Below the pieces are notes generated by a model that made no database searches, was not told where the DNA came from, and saw nothing but the letters and a program-made list of their open reading frames with translations. The translations under genes and the position numbers were made by a program. Shown piece by piece: positions 26,731-36,600 of a stretch of 64,000 nt of DNA. How positions within the stretch are numbered: position 1 is the first letter of the stretch; each line of letters begins with the position of its first letter. Origin of the DNA: Planctomycetota bacterium (GTDB lineage Bacteria > Planctomycetota > UBA1135 > UBA2386); NCBI GenBank assembly GCA_046290465.1, contig JBKAGP010000001.1:4992001-5056000 (forward strand), written 5' to 3'.

Positions 26731-27363
26731 TCAGGTGCTGCCCGCGTCGGGCGCCAGCAGGCGGACGGCCTCGCGGTAGTCGTCGGGGTGATTCAGGTTG
26801 CGCAGGAACCGCAGCTCGGGGTCGATCTCGCGCAGTTCCTCGGCCTCGACGACGCGGCTGCTGGTCGCGTCGGCGAGTTCGCGCGGCCGCCGTGAGCCGG
26901 CAGCCAGCAGGCGGTCGGCGTGGGGCAGCACCGCGACCCGGTAGATCGCCGTCAGCGGCTGCAGCTTGTCGTTGGCGCGCGGCATCAGCACGTGCTCGTC
27001 GGCGAGCCGTTGGCACAGCGCCCGGACCGTCGCCGCCGTCAGGAACGGTTGGTCGCAGCCGACCGTGATCGCGGCGTCGCCGTCGGCGAAGCCGTGCGCG
27101 TCGCGCAGCCGACGCAGGCCGGCCGCGATCGCCGCCAGCGGGCCCTCGCCCGGCATCTCGTCGAGGGCGACGTCGACGCCTGCGGGCATCGGCGGCAGGG
27201 CCTGGTCCGTGGCGCGGCCGATCACGACCACCGGCGAGGTGCAGGCGAGCAGGGTGCGGCACTGCCAGCCGAGCATCGTGGTGTCGCCGATCGGCAGCGA
27301 CTCTTTGGGCCGACCCATGCGTCGGCTTCGTCCACCTGCCAGAATGAGCGCGCCGAGCCGCAT
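26731..27363 (-). CDS. mobA: Molybdenum cofactor guanylyltransferase
   Basis: LILAGGRSRRMGRPK, GPLAAI, CDQPF, QPLTAIY, NLNHPDD. Confidence 0.9.
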   Translation of the reverse strand: MRLGALILAGGRSRRMGRPKESLPIGDTTMLGWQCRTLLACTSPVVVIGRATDQALPPMPAGVDVALDEMPGEGPLAAIAAGLRRLRDAHGFADGDAAITVGCDQPFLTAATVRALCQRLADEHVLMPRANDKLQPLTAIYRVAVLPHADRLLAAGSRRPRELADATSSRVVEAEELREIDPELRFLRNLNHPDDYREAVRLLAPDAGST

Positions 27364-27414
27364 GCCCATCTTGTCCGGGATCCCCCGGTCGTTCGCAAGC
27401 GGCGACAGACACCG

Positions 27415-27741
27415 ATGGACCAACCCCAACCGAAGAAGGCCGACCTCGTGTCGCCGTTCCAGTTCCGCATCGAGTGGAAGGGCGGTGGCGCCTCCGACTA
27501 CAAGGCGCGCGACCTGCGCCTTGCGTGTCCGTGCGCGAGCTGCGTCGACGAACACACCGGCGCGCCGCTGCTCGATCCCAAGACCGTCGCCGCCGACGTC
27601 GCGCTGGTCGACGCCGAACTGGTCGGCCGCTACGGGCTGGCGTTCACCTGGAGCGACGGCCATCGCACCGGCATCTTCGCGTGGCCGATGCTGAAGCAGC
27701 TCGGGGAGCTTCACACCGGCGACGACGGGGGCGGCCGTTGA
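27415..27741 (+). CDS. DUF971 / GBBH-like N-terminal domain protein
   Basis: LRLACPCASC, VGRYGL, WSDGHRTGIF. Confidence 0.85.
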   Translation: MDQPQPKKADLVSPFQFRIEWKGGGASDYKARDLRLACPCASCVDEHTGAPLLDPKTVAADVALVDAELVGRYGLAFTWSDGHRTGIFAWPMLKQLGELHTGDDGGGR

Positions 27742-28454
27742 GCTCGCCGCAGGACTGGCACGAGGTCGAGAAGCGGACCCGGCGGGTGTTCGAGGCGGTC
27801 GACTGGGCGGCGCTCGGGGCGATCTACTTCCACGAGGACGGCGAACGGCACTGGGCCGAGCGGCGCAAGCTGGTCGTCGAGCTCGGCAGCCAGCTGGCGC
27901 GCCGTCTGGCGCGGCAGGTCGAACGCGGCGGGACCTCGCTGTGGGTCGGGGCGGGCGTCGCGGAGCTGCCGGTGTTGCTCGGCGAGGTGCAGGTGCTCGG
28001 CCGCAGCGTGGTCGCGTCGAACCTGATCGCCGAGGAGTGCGACGTGCTCAACGCGGCGCTCGCGGCGGCGGCGCCGGACCTCGAGCTGCGCTACGAGGCC
28101 GGCGACGCACAGCAGCTCGCCGGCGACCGGACGTTCGACCACGTTGGCTGCATCAGCGTGTTCACCGACCCGGAACGCTGGCCGGCATTGAGCGGCGTCA
28201 GCTACGGTCGGTTGGCGCCGGTGCAGCTCGACGTCGAGCAGTTCGTCGCCGAGCGCGAGCAGGCGCGCGCGCTCGCCGCGGCGGTGTTCGCGCGGCTGCG
28301 GCGGCCGGGGTGCATCACGACGTCCGCGGAGGAGGTGTCGTGGTTCCTCGAGCTGTGCGAGGCGCAGGGCCTCGAGGTCGAGGCGGCCGACGACCTGATC
28401 GAGACGGCGGTCGTCGGCGATCCGGTCGGCTTCCTGAGCGTGCGCGCCCCATAG
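27738..28454 (+). CDS. Hypothetical protein, possible class I SAM-methyltransferase fold
   Basis: TTGA overlap with the upstream gene; LWVGAGVAE, AGDA, TFDH motifs. Confidence 0.6.
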   Translation: MSSPQDWHEVEKRTRRVFEAVDWAALGAIYFHEDGERHWAERRKLVVELGSQLARRLARQVERGGTSLWVGAGVAELPVLLGEVQVLGRSVVASNLIAEECDVLNAALAAAAPDLELRYEAGDAQQLAGDRTFDHVGCISVFTDPERWPALSGVSYGRLAPVQLDVEQFVAEREQARALAAAVFARLRRPGCITTSAEEVSWFLELCEAQGLEVEAADDLIETAVVGDPVGFLSVRAP

Positions 28455-28534
28455 GGGACGCGACGTAGAGGGCGCAACGCAGGGGTCGCAACGCAGGGGG
28501 GGGGGCGCAGCCCGGCTGCAGAACGGAACGGCTG

Positions 28535-29428
28535 CTACTTGCCGCCGTCGGTCTTGCCTGCGTCGCTCTTGGCCGCGTCGCCCGCTGCCTTCTTCGGAGC
28601 CGGCTTCTTGGCCGGGGCCGGCTTCATGGTGATGCCCACCTCCATCTTGACGGAGCCCATCTGGCCGCCCATCTCCAGCTTGATCTGCAGCGTACTGTTG
28701 CTCGGCAGGCCGGTGGTGCGATCGATGGTGACCTTGCCGCTGGCCTTGGCGCTCTTGACCTCCATGCCGCCGGGCCCCTCCATCTCGTCGAGGTTCATCT
28801 TGAGCTGCTGCTCGAGCACGACGTTCTTGTCGTTGACCGAGACCAGCTTGTAGGTGATCTCGGTGTCGGTGTCGCCCATCTGGCCGAGCGGCAGCGCCTG
28901 CTTGACGGTCCAGGTCTCGCCGACGGCGATCGGCTGCTCGGGCATGCTGGTGACGATCTGCGACATCATCTCCTCGAGATTGACGCCGCCCGCGTCCTTC
29001 ATGTCGTCCGGGATCTTGACGTTGCTGGTCTTGCCGCGGTCGTCGAGCGTCATCGACGTCTTCTGGCCGACCAGGTCGGCGAGACCGCCGAGCATTCCCG
29101 GATCCGAGTCCTTGTCGTCGCTGTCGAACTCGACCTGCATCGGGCCGTCGGCGGCGGCCTTGACGCGCGTGATCTTCTGCTCGATGTCCGCCTTGTTGCC
29201 CTTGACGCTCTTGATCGTGAACGTCTGGAACATGTCCATCGTCATCTTCGTGGTCATCTTCTGACCGGCGACGTCCATGTTCATGGTCATGTCCTGGGTC
29301 ATGACCTGCTGGGCGACGGTGCCCTCCTTGAAGTTGAAGCGGAGCAGGTGCTTCGGCTTCTCTTGATCCTGGGCGAACGCCGGTGCGGCGAGGACGAGGG
29401 CGAGGGGAAGGATGCGTGCGGTGAACAT
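28535..29428 (-). CDS. Secreted hypothetical protein (DUF6263-like)
   Basis: Signal peptide ending AFAQ; LRFNFKEG, FDSD, PEQPIAVGETW; strong codon bias. Confidence 0.7.
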   Translation of the reverse strand: MFTARILPLALVLAAPAFAQDQEKPKHLLRFNFKEGTVAQQVMTQDMTMNMDVAGQKMTTKMTMDMFQTFTIKSVKGNKADIEQKITRVKAAADGPMQVEFDSDDKDSDPGMLGGLADLVGQKTSMTLDDRGKTSNVKIPDDMKDAGGVNLEEMMSQIVTSMPEQPIAVGETWTVKQALPLGQMGDTDTEITYKLVSVNDKNVVLEQQLKMNLDEMEGPGGMEVKSAKASGKVTIDRTTGLPSNSTLQIKLEMGGQMGSVKMEVGITMKPAPAKKPAPKKAAGDAAKSDAGKTDGGK

Positions 29429-29527
29429 GTAGGTCTCCTGAAGGGCTCCGGTGTGGAGCGGGTGGGATCATTCGTGCAAAGCTGCGCGAAGACCAGGGGC
29501 AAACGCCACGGACCGGGCGGTTTGCCG

Positions 29528-29630
29528 GACCGGCCCCCTCAGTGGCCGGTCACGTTCCGGGTCGGTCGCCCGGAACGCGGCGGATCCGCGGATCCGCCGC
29601 CTGCGATCCGCCCTGACGAATCGTCAGGGC
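29528..29630. repeat. Array of four inverted repeats, including a perfect 24-bp palindrome
   Basis: 29528-29551, 29553-29577, GCGGCGGATCCGCGGATCCGCCGC (29577-29600), and 29610-29630. Confidence 0.7.
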
Positions 29631-31531
29631 TGGATCGTCAGTAGCACCGGGTTGGACGCTGCCGTGAACAGCTCGGTCGCGCCCAGCAGCACGGTCGCGA
29701 AGTGGGTGGTGCCGGTCGGGATCGCCGCCGACGGCGGCAGCGTGAACGTCGCCTGGGCGCGGCCCTCGCCGTCGAGCACGCCGAGGAACTGTCCGAACAC
29801 CGGGCCGTTGAGCCCGGCCAGCGTCAGGTTGGTCAGCGGGTCGAGGTTGAGCGGCAGCTGCACGGTCGGCGACAGCGCGGTGCCCGGCGCGGTGCCGGAG
29901 CCACCCCACGCGATCAGGTAGAGCGTCGCCGCCGGGTCCGCGCACGGCGCCAGCACCGTCGGGTGCAGCGTGCCGCCTGAGCTCAGCGACAGCGACGCGG
30001 CGAACGGTTGCGTCAACGGATCCTGGAACTCGAGCCCGGTCGTGCACGGGATCTGCTGCACGAACACGACCCGGTTGGTCTCGTTGTCGGCCTCGTTGCT
30101 CTCGCCGACGACGTCTGTGCGGTCGATCACCGCGTGCACCCACGACGCGTAGAGCGGCAGGCTGTACGGCAGCTTGGTCGAGAACGGCATCGACGTCTGC
30201 TGGTTGGCCGGCAGGCCGGCGAAGTCGACGTGGCCGAGGTAGGTGTCCTGCGGCGTGTAGCCAGCGGCGTTCTGGCTCAGGAAGAACTCGACGCGGAACG
30301 GACCGGCGGCGGCCGGGCCGTCGTTGGCGACGGACGGCGTGTAGGTCACCGGGTCGCCGGGCTGCAGCAGCGTCGCGCTCGCGTTCATGCTCGCGAACCG
30401 CAGCTGCGCCAGCGACGGGTCGCTGATCTGCACGTTCCAGTCGACCTGCTCGAGCATCACGTTCTGCGGGTCGCTGCGCACGCGGTCGCTCTGGTCGAGC
30501 ACCGTCGCCGAGACGGTGTGCGCGCCGAGCGAGAGCTGCGACGAGTCGAGCGTGAAGCTGGTCGCGTTGGCGCCCGGCTGCACGACGCCATCGACCAGCC
30601 ACTCGACGATCGGGTTGTTGCCCGCCGGCACGAAGTGCGTGATCGAGAACGTCTGCTGCGCCGGCACGATCACCTGCTGGGTCACGCCGTTGTCGGGCGT
30701 CGTCGACGTGACCACGTCGACGATCGAGTTGGTCACCAGGGTGATGTTCTCCTGGCAGACGCGGCACAGCACCTGGCCGAGCGAGCGCATCAGGCAGTTG
30801 TTGCGCGGGCGGTAGAGGCCGTACTGGTGGTAGCCGGCGCCCTGGAACGAGCTGATGCCCTGGGTGCCGTGCCAGATCTGCCACTTCATGCCAGCCGGGT
30901 CGGCGGTGATGTTGGGCTGGCTCGGCTCGCTGCCGGTGTAGGTCTGGCCGGCGTACTCGTACTCGTCGGCGAGCTGGCCGAGGCTGTGGCCGAGTTCGTG
31001 CGCCTGCACTTCGCTCATCTGGCTGCCGGTGTAGCTGACCGCGAACGTCGACGCGCAGCCGCCGTAGCGGGTGTCGTTGACCATCACCAGCACGCGGCCT
31101 TCGGTCGCCGGCGCCAGCGCGGCGTCGGCGAGCGCCTGCGAGGTGTTCTGGATGTAGAGGCAGCGGTCGACGCCGCCGTAGTTGTAGGTCGCGTCGTAGA
31201 CGGTGTTGACGTAGACGGGCGGCTGCTCGTCCGGTCGGTCGGCGCCGCTGTCCTGGCTGGCGCGGAACACCGTGTGCACGTTGTAGTAGGCCGCGAACGT
31301 CTGGTAGGGCTCCTTCTGGAACAGCGAGGTCAGGAATGCCTGGCAATCGTTGTTGAACTTGGTCTGCTCGTTGAGCTGGTAGCCGTCACCGAGGATCACG
31401 ATGTCGTAGCGGGTGTCGGTCGTGCCGTTGCTGATCACGGTGGTGACCGTCTGCGCGTGCAGCGACGCGGCCAGCATCGCCGCCGGCAGCAGCGCCTTGC
31501 CGAGCGGGCCTGCGCGGAGGAAGTTGCTCAT
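29624..31531 (-). CDS. Secreted M64-family metallopeptidase with Ig-like and CARDB-like domains
   Basis: DIVILGDGY, YGG, HELGHSLGQLADEY, CLMR…C..C; ESNEADN (CARDB-like). Confidence 0.88.
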   Translation of the reverse strand: MSNFLRAGPLGKALLPAAMLAASLHAQTVTTVISNGTTDTRYDIVILGDGYQLNEQTKFNNDCQAFLTSLFQKEPYQTFAAYYNVHTVFRASQDSGADRPDEQPPVYVNTVYDATYNYGGVDRCLYIQNTSQALADAALAPATEGRVLVMVNDTRYGGCASTFAVSYTGSQMSEVQAHELGHSLGQLADEYEYAGQTYTGSEPSQPNITADPAGMKWQIWHGTQGISSFQGAGYHQYGLYRPRNNCLMRSLGQVLCRVCQENITLVTNSIVDVVTSTTPDNGVTQQVIVPAQQTFSITHFVPAGNNPIVEWLVDGVVQPGANATSFTLDSSQLSLGAHTVSATVLDQSDRVRSDPQNVMLEQVDWNVQISDPSLAQLRFASMNASATLLQPGDPVTYTPSVANDGPAAAGPFRVEFFLSQNAAGYTPQDTYLGHVDFAGLPANQQTSMPFSTKLPYSLPLYASWVHAVIDRTDVVGESNEADNETNRVVFVQQIPCTTGLEFQDPLTQPFAASLSLSSGGTLHPTVLAPCADPAATLYLIAWGGSGTAPGTALSPTVQLPLNLDPLTNLTLAGLNGPVFGQFLGVLDGEGRAQATFTLPPSAAIPTGTTHFATVLLGATELFTAASNPVLLTIQP

Positions 31532-32076
31532 CGGCCACCTCCTGCGAGTTCGCGCACCTTACTGCCGGCGACCACGCCGAGCGGGACCTCGACGCCGCGC
31601 GGGTCGATGCGCGTGAAGCGGTAGCGGTCGGCCTCGGCGTAGCACGGCACGTTGACCAGCATGCCGATGCGCGAGTCGACGACGATGCAGCCACGCACGG
31701 TCGCCGGCTTGCCGACCGACGCGGGGTCGGTCGCGAACGGCCGCACGTCGAGCGGCACGTCGGCGAGTTCGACGCCGCGGGCATCGACGACCGACAGGCG
31801 CCAGTTGCTGTCGAAGCCCTTCGGCACGCCAGCCCAGGGGGCCTGCTTGCGGCTGGCGAAGGTCACGCCGAGGCCGTTGCGGTCGCCCTCGACGACCAGC
31901 ACGTAGTGGCCGTTGGCGACGGCGGGAGCGATCGGTGCGATCGGGTCGGCGGGCTTGGTCGCGGGGGCGGCGGCGGCGCGGTCGAGGGGCGATTGCGGTG
32001 CGGCGGTGCGGTCACCGAGCAGCACCACGGCGACGACGGCGACGGCCGCGGCGCCGAGCAGATGGGAGATGTGCAT
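31528..32076 (-). CDS. Hypothetical exported protein, translationally coupled to the M64 peptidase
   Basis: Hydrophobic N-terminus; ATGA overlap at 31528-31531. Confidence 0.65.
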   Translation of the reverse strand: MHISHLLGAAAVAVVAVVLLGDRTAAPQSPLDRAAAAPATKPADPIAPIAPAVANGHYVLVVEGDRNGLGVTFASRKQAPWAGVPKGFDSNWRLSVVDARGVELADVPLDVRPFATDPASVGKPATVRGCIVVDSRIGMLVNVPCYAEADRYRFTRIDPRGVEVPLGVVAGSKVRELAGGGR

Positions 32077-32169
32077 GGGAGGGTCGTTCGAGGCGGGCAG
32101 AGCTCGAGCAGGGAGCTGCAGTCTAGCGGCAATGGAAAGCGATGTGGCAAACCGCCAGAGTGCCGGCCT

Positions 32170-33282
32170 ATGGACTTTCGTGGTCGCGTGTTCCTCGCCC
32201 CCCTGACCAAGGGGGGCAACCTGCCGTTCCGCCGGCTGCTCCTGAAGCACGGTTGCGAAGTCACCATGGGCGAGATGGCCTACGCCTATCAGGTCGTCAA
32301 GCGCAGCAAGAGCGAACTGGCGCTGCTGCGCAAGCACGACGACGAGCAGTGCTTCGGCGCGCAGATCGCAGCCTCGCGCATCGACGACGCGGTCAAGGCC
32401 GGCAACGCCGCGGCGGAGCGCGGCGCGAAGTGGGTCGACCTCAACTGCGGCTGCCCGATCCACGACGTCGTCAAGCGGCGCATGGGCGCGACGCTGCTGC
32501 AGAAGCCGCACAAGCTGGCGCGGCTGGTCGAGGGCATGGTCGAGGGCATCGAGGTGCCGGTGACCGTCAAGATCCGGCTCGGCTGGTCGGAGGACGCCTA
32601 CAACGCCAGCGAGGTCGCGCGCGTCTGCGAGGAGGCCGGCGCCAAGGCGGTCGGCATCCACGGTCGGACCCGCGAGCAACGCTACTCGCGCGCGGCCGAC
32701 TGGGACGAGATCGCCAAGGTCGCGGCCGAGCGTTCGATCCCGGTGATCGGCAACGGCGACCTGCTGACGTGGTTCGAGACGCACGAGCGCTGGCAGCAGA
32801 GCGGCGTCGCGTCGGTGATGATCGGTCGCGGCGCGCTGATCAAGCCGTGGATCTTCCGCGAGATCGCCGACAAGCAGGCGTGGGAGCCGGACGCCAGCGA
32901 GCGCCTCGGCGTCTACCACGACTTCGCGAGGATGATGAAGGAGCACTTCCGCGACGACGAGAAGGGCAAGCAGCGCGCGATGCGGTTCCTGCCGTGGCAC
33001 CTCGGCTTCTTCTGCCGCTACCGGCCGCTGTCCGGCGAGCGCTGGATGGCGGCGAGCCGCGAGCACCCGCTGATCCAGACCCGCATGCCCGACGACGAGG
33101 TCGACCTGCCGCTGCTCGAACGGCTGCTGCGCGACCCGCGCAAGGAACTGCACGAACGGCTGGCCGACGTGCTCTGGTCATCCGCGGACCGCGACGAGTG
33201 CGAAGCCCAGGCGCTCCGCCTCGCCGAGGACATGCCCCCCGAAGTCGGCGACGCCGGCGAAGTCGCCACCGCCCACGGCTGA
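32170..33282 (+). CDS. tRNA-dihydrouridine synthase (Dus family, Dus3-like)
   Basis: LAPLTKGGNLPFRR, DLNCGCP, VTVKIRLG, IHGRTREQRY, GNGD, MIGRGALIKPWIF. Confidence 0.92.
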   Translation: MDFRGRVFLAPLTKGGNLPFRRLLLKHGCEVTMGEMAYAYQVVKRSKSELALLRKHDDEQCFGAQIAASRIDDAVKAGNAAAERGAKWVDLNCGCPIHDVVKRRMGATLLQKPHKLARLVEGMVEGIEVPVTVKIRLGWSEDAYNASEVARVCEEAGAKAVGIHGRTREQRYSRAADWDEIAKVAAERSIPVIGNGDLLTWFETHERWQQSGVASVMIGRGALIKPWIFREIADKQAWEPDASERLGVYHDFARMMKEHFRDDEKGKQRAMRFLPWHLGFFCRYRPLSGERWMAASREHPLIQTRMPDDEVDLPLLERLLRDPRKELHERLADVLWSSADRDECEAQALRLAEDMPPEVGDAGEVATAHG

Positions 33283-33376
33283 AGGTTGCTGTACGGTACC
33301 TGGTTCATCCTCCAACATTCGCGAGCGCAAGCGCGCGCGAATGTTGGAGGATGAACCAGGTACCGTACGGCAACTT
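33283..33376. repeat. Long palindrome (33-bp perfect arms, extendable to ~41 bp) between convergent genes; REP/MITE-like
   Basis: 33291-33323 is the exact reverse complement of 33336-33368. Confidence 0.9.
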
Positions 33377-33393
33377 GACGGGGGGCGGATGGG

Positions 33394-34776
33394 TCAGCTG
33401 AGCGCGGCGACGAACGGCGCGGGCGTGCCTTCGCGCACGGCGTCCTGCAGTGCCAGCGATCGATCGATCGCGGCCGCGTCGAAGCCGAACGGCAGCATCG
33501 GGCCGTCGATCGCCTCCCAGCTGGTCACGTTCTGCAGGCGTCGCTGGCGTTCGGCGGTGATCGCCTTCTTCAAGGTGGCGTCGCCGGATCCGGCGACCAG
33601 CGTGGCCAGGTTGACGGCCGCCGGCAGGTAGTCGGGGCTCGCTTCGAGCGCGCGCTGCCAGAGGTCGAACGCCTGTTCGCCGCCGTCGTTGCCGCGCCAG
33701 CGCAGCGTCGCCATCGCCAGCAGGTTGAGGGCGCGCGGGTCGTCGGGGGCCTCGCGCACGGCGCGGATCGCGGCCTCGATAACGGCGTGGCCGTCGGCCC
33801 AGGTCGTCAGCATCGCCGTGGCGCGGCCGAGGGTGCGGTCGGCGGCCGTGCTCTGCGGGCGGCGCAACCCGCCGCCGGCGAGCGGCGCCAGCTCGTGCAT
33901 GCGGTTGCCGAGACGATGGTCCTGCACGCGGCGCAGCCCGGCGCCGGCGATGCGGCGGGTGCGGTCCGGGTCGCCCAGCAGCCGCGCGACGACGTCCTCG
34001 AAGTCGTCGTCGCCGTGCAGCACACACTCCTCGTCGGGCACGAAGAAGTCGCGCACCTCCCGGTTGTCGCGCTCCATCAGCAGCAGCGCGCCGCACGCCG
34101 GGACCTCGAACGCGCGCAGGTTCATCTCGCCGCGGATGCTGCGGTTCCAGCCGATGCGGCAGCGGTTGAGGAAGCGGCCGTAGTGGTGGCCGTGCAGGCC
34201 GCCCTGCACCACGGCGTGCACGCCGCTGCGGTCGAGGCGCTGCACGCGCTCGATCCAGCCGGCGCGTTCGCGCTGCACCACCGGGTTGAGGTTGCCGACG
34301 AAGCCGAGGTCGACGTCGCGCTCGGCGACGTCGTCGTAGAGCCGGTGGAACGGCCGCTTGTGCGCATACTGGCACCAGTAGCGCACGTCGGCGAACGTCA
34401 GCCGTTCGAACAGCGCGACGCCGCTCCGGTCACACAGCAGCGAATCGAAGAACGGCCACAGCCCCGCCAGATGCGGCAGCGTCAGGTTGTAGTCCGAGAC
34501 CACGCCGACGACCGGCACCGGGCACGCGTCGAGATCGGCGGGCAGCGGCTCCTGGTCGGGCCAGTAGATCAGCACCAGGTCCGGCGCGAAGCCGTCGGGC
34601 AGCGCCGCCGCGAGTTCGTGCCAGCTCTGCCGCGACGGATCGAACGCGACGTCGAACGGGTAGTGCACCCCGTCGACCATCATCCGCTCCGGCGGTCCGA
34701 ACGTGCACAGCTCGACGTCACGCATCGCGGTGCGGTCGTCGAAGCACTCGAGCGGCAGGTTGCAGAGGATGCGCAT
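33394..34776 (-). CDS. Glycosyltransferase (CgeB/Glyco_trans_1_2-like) with C-terminal TPR
   Basis: DLGFVGN, NLRAFEVPACGALLL, FFVPDEE; TPR-like helices at the C-terminus. Confidence 0.8.
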   Translation of the reverse strand: MRILCNLPLECFDDRTAMRDVELCTFGPPERMMVDGVHYPFDVAFDPSRQSWHELAAALPDGFAPDLVLIYWPDQEPLPADLDACPVPVVGVVSDYNLTLPHLAGLWPFFDSLLCDRSGVALFERLTFADVRYWCQYAHKRPFHRLYDDVAERDVDLGFVGNLNPVVQRERAGWIERVQRLDRSGVHAVVQGGLHGHHYGRFLNRCRIGWNRSIRGEMNLRAFEVPACGALLLMERDNREVRDFFVPDEECVLHGDDDFEDVVARLLGDPDRTRRIAGAGLRRVQDHRLGNRMHELAPLAGGGLRRPQSTAADRTLGRATAMLTTWADGHAVIEAAIRAVREAPDDPRALNLLAMATLRWRGNDGGEQAFDLWQRALEASPDYLPAAVNLATLVAGSGDATLKKAITAERQRRLQNVTSWEAIDGPMLPFGFDAAAIDRSLALQDAVREGTPAPFVAALS

Positions 34777-34787
34777 CGCGCGGCTGC

Positions 34788-36471
34788 TCAGGCCGCCGGC
34801 AGCGAGTTGAGGTTGGCGCGCGCGTCGCCGTGCTGCGGGTCGAGCACCAGCGCCCGTTCGAAGCTCTCGCGCGCGGCGCGCACGTCGCCGTTCTGGAACA
34901 GCACGACGCCGAGCAGGTTGGTAGGTGTCGGCGTTGCGCTGGCCCGCGGTGATCGCGGCGCGGATTGCCAGCGCGGCCTCGTCCAGGCGGCCGAGCATGT
35001 GCAGCGCGTTGCCGCGCAGGACGTGCAGCTGCGGCTGCTCGTCGGCGCCCGCCAGCTGCTGGTCGAGCGTCGCCAGCGCCGCCTGCGGTTGGTTGGATGC
35101 GAGCCACGACCCGCACAGGTCGAACAGCAGCTGCGGGTCGGCGTCGTCGAGGCAGCGCGCCGCGGCGAACGCGCGGGCCGCGTCGACGTGGTTGCCCTGG
35201 CTCCGGTGCCGCGTCGCCGTCTGGCGCAGCTCGTCGAACAGCCGGCGCAGGTGTTGGTCCTGGGCGGCCCCGGCGCTCGGCGTCGGGATCTCCTTGGTGA
35301 CCAGGCGCAGCTCGCTGCGGCGCGCGTGGTCGTCGCTGGCCGCGTTCGCGGGCGCGGGCGCCGGCGTCGGCAGGATCGTCTGCTTCTGCGGTGCGGCGGG
35401 TGCGGCGGGCGCAGCGGACGCCGGCGCGGCCTGCGGCGGCTGCGCGTCGGCCATCTGCTGCAGCACGGCCTCGAGCTGTTCGCCGTGGTACTCGGGGCGG
35501 TAGTGTCCCGCGACCTCGATGCCGCCCGCACGCAGCGCCGTGCGCACGTCCGGCAGCGCGCCCGCCAGCACGATTGCCTCGGCCATGGCGCGCGGGTCCT
35601 TCGGTTCGACGAACAGCGCGTAGCGATCGTGGCCGACCAGCTTGCCGTGGTTGCGGAAGCACGGGATGTCGGTCAGCACGCTCGGCACGCCGCACGCCAT
35701 CGCCTCGATCGCCGGCAGGAAGAAGCCCTCCTCGGCGCCGCTGCTGGTGCCGAGGAACACGTCGAGCGAACGGTAGAAGTCGCCCATCTGGTCGGGGCGC
35801 AGCTCCTGGTGCCACTCGACCGCGAACGGCAGGTCGCGCTCCTCGGGGCTCGGCGGCGTGTTCGACGCGCGCACCAGCACCAGGTTCTGGCCGGCCCTGG
35901 CCGCCAGTTCGCAGGCGGCGTAGCCGGTCGGCAGGTCCTTCCACGGGATCGAGTAGGGGCCGACCAGGCCGACGCGCAGCGGCGACTGCGGCGGCCGGAA
36001 CGGGCCCGGCTTGTGCACCTGGTGGTCGATGACGTAGCGGACCTCGTGCGCGTCGACGCCGAACCGCTCCTTCAGCAGCGCGGTCAGGTGCGGCGAGATC
36101 GTCACGTGGTGCATGCCCGGCAGGCGGTAGGTCGCCTCGATGCGGTCGCGCACGCCCTGGTTCTCGGGGTTGTCCCCCTCGTAGCCCTGGCACAGGTGCA
36201 CCGGCGCGCCCTTGCCCGGGCCGGCGCTGGCGACCCACGGCACCGTGCTCCAGAACGTGCCGATCAGCACGTCGCCGTCCGGCAGGTTCTCGGGACGGAA
36301 GTCCGGCACCTGGCAGAACCCGCAGTCCAGCTGCATCCAGGCCGGTGGCCCCGAGCGACTGACGATGGTGACCTGGTGACCGCGCTGGCTGAGCCAGTTG
36401 GCGTCCTCCAGGGCGACCTTTACGCCACCCCAGAGCTGGTCCGCGACTTCGAGCAGAAACGTGATGCGCAT
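34788..36471 (-). pseudogene. GT4 glycosyltransferase-TPR protein with an apparent +1 frameshift at ~34920
   Basis: WGGVKV, EEGFFLPAIEAMACG. TPR reads …NADTY, then continues NLLGVVLFQNGD…SLPAA* in another frame; one extra C in TAC-C-AAC. Confidence 0.75.
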
Positions 36472-36600
36472 GTGTTCGCCTCGGCCGCCGTCTGCGGCCA
36501 TCGATCCGATGTCTCCATCGGCCCGATGCCACGGGCGACCTGAGCCGTCTCGCTTCGGATGGTTTCCGGACGCCCCGCTCGGCATGATCTCCGGCCGCCA

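Noticed and set aside
28496..28505. G10 tract as a phase-variation site
   Set aside because: It lies between two convergent 3' ends, not in a CDS or promoter.
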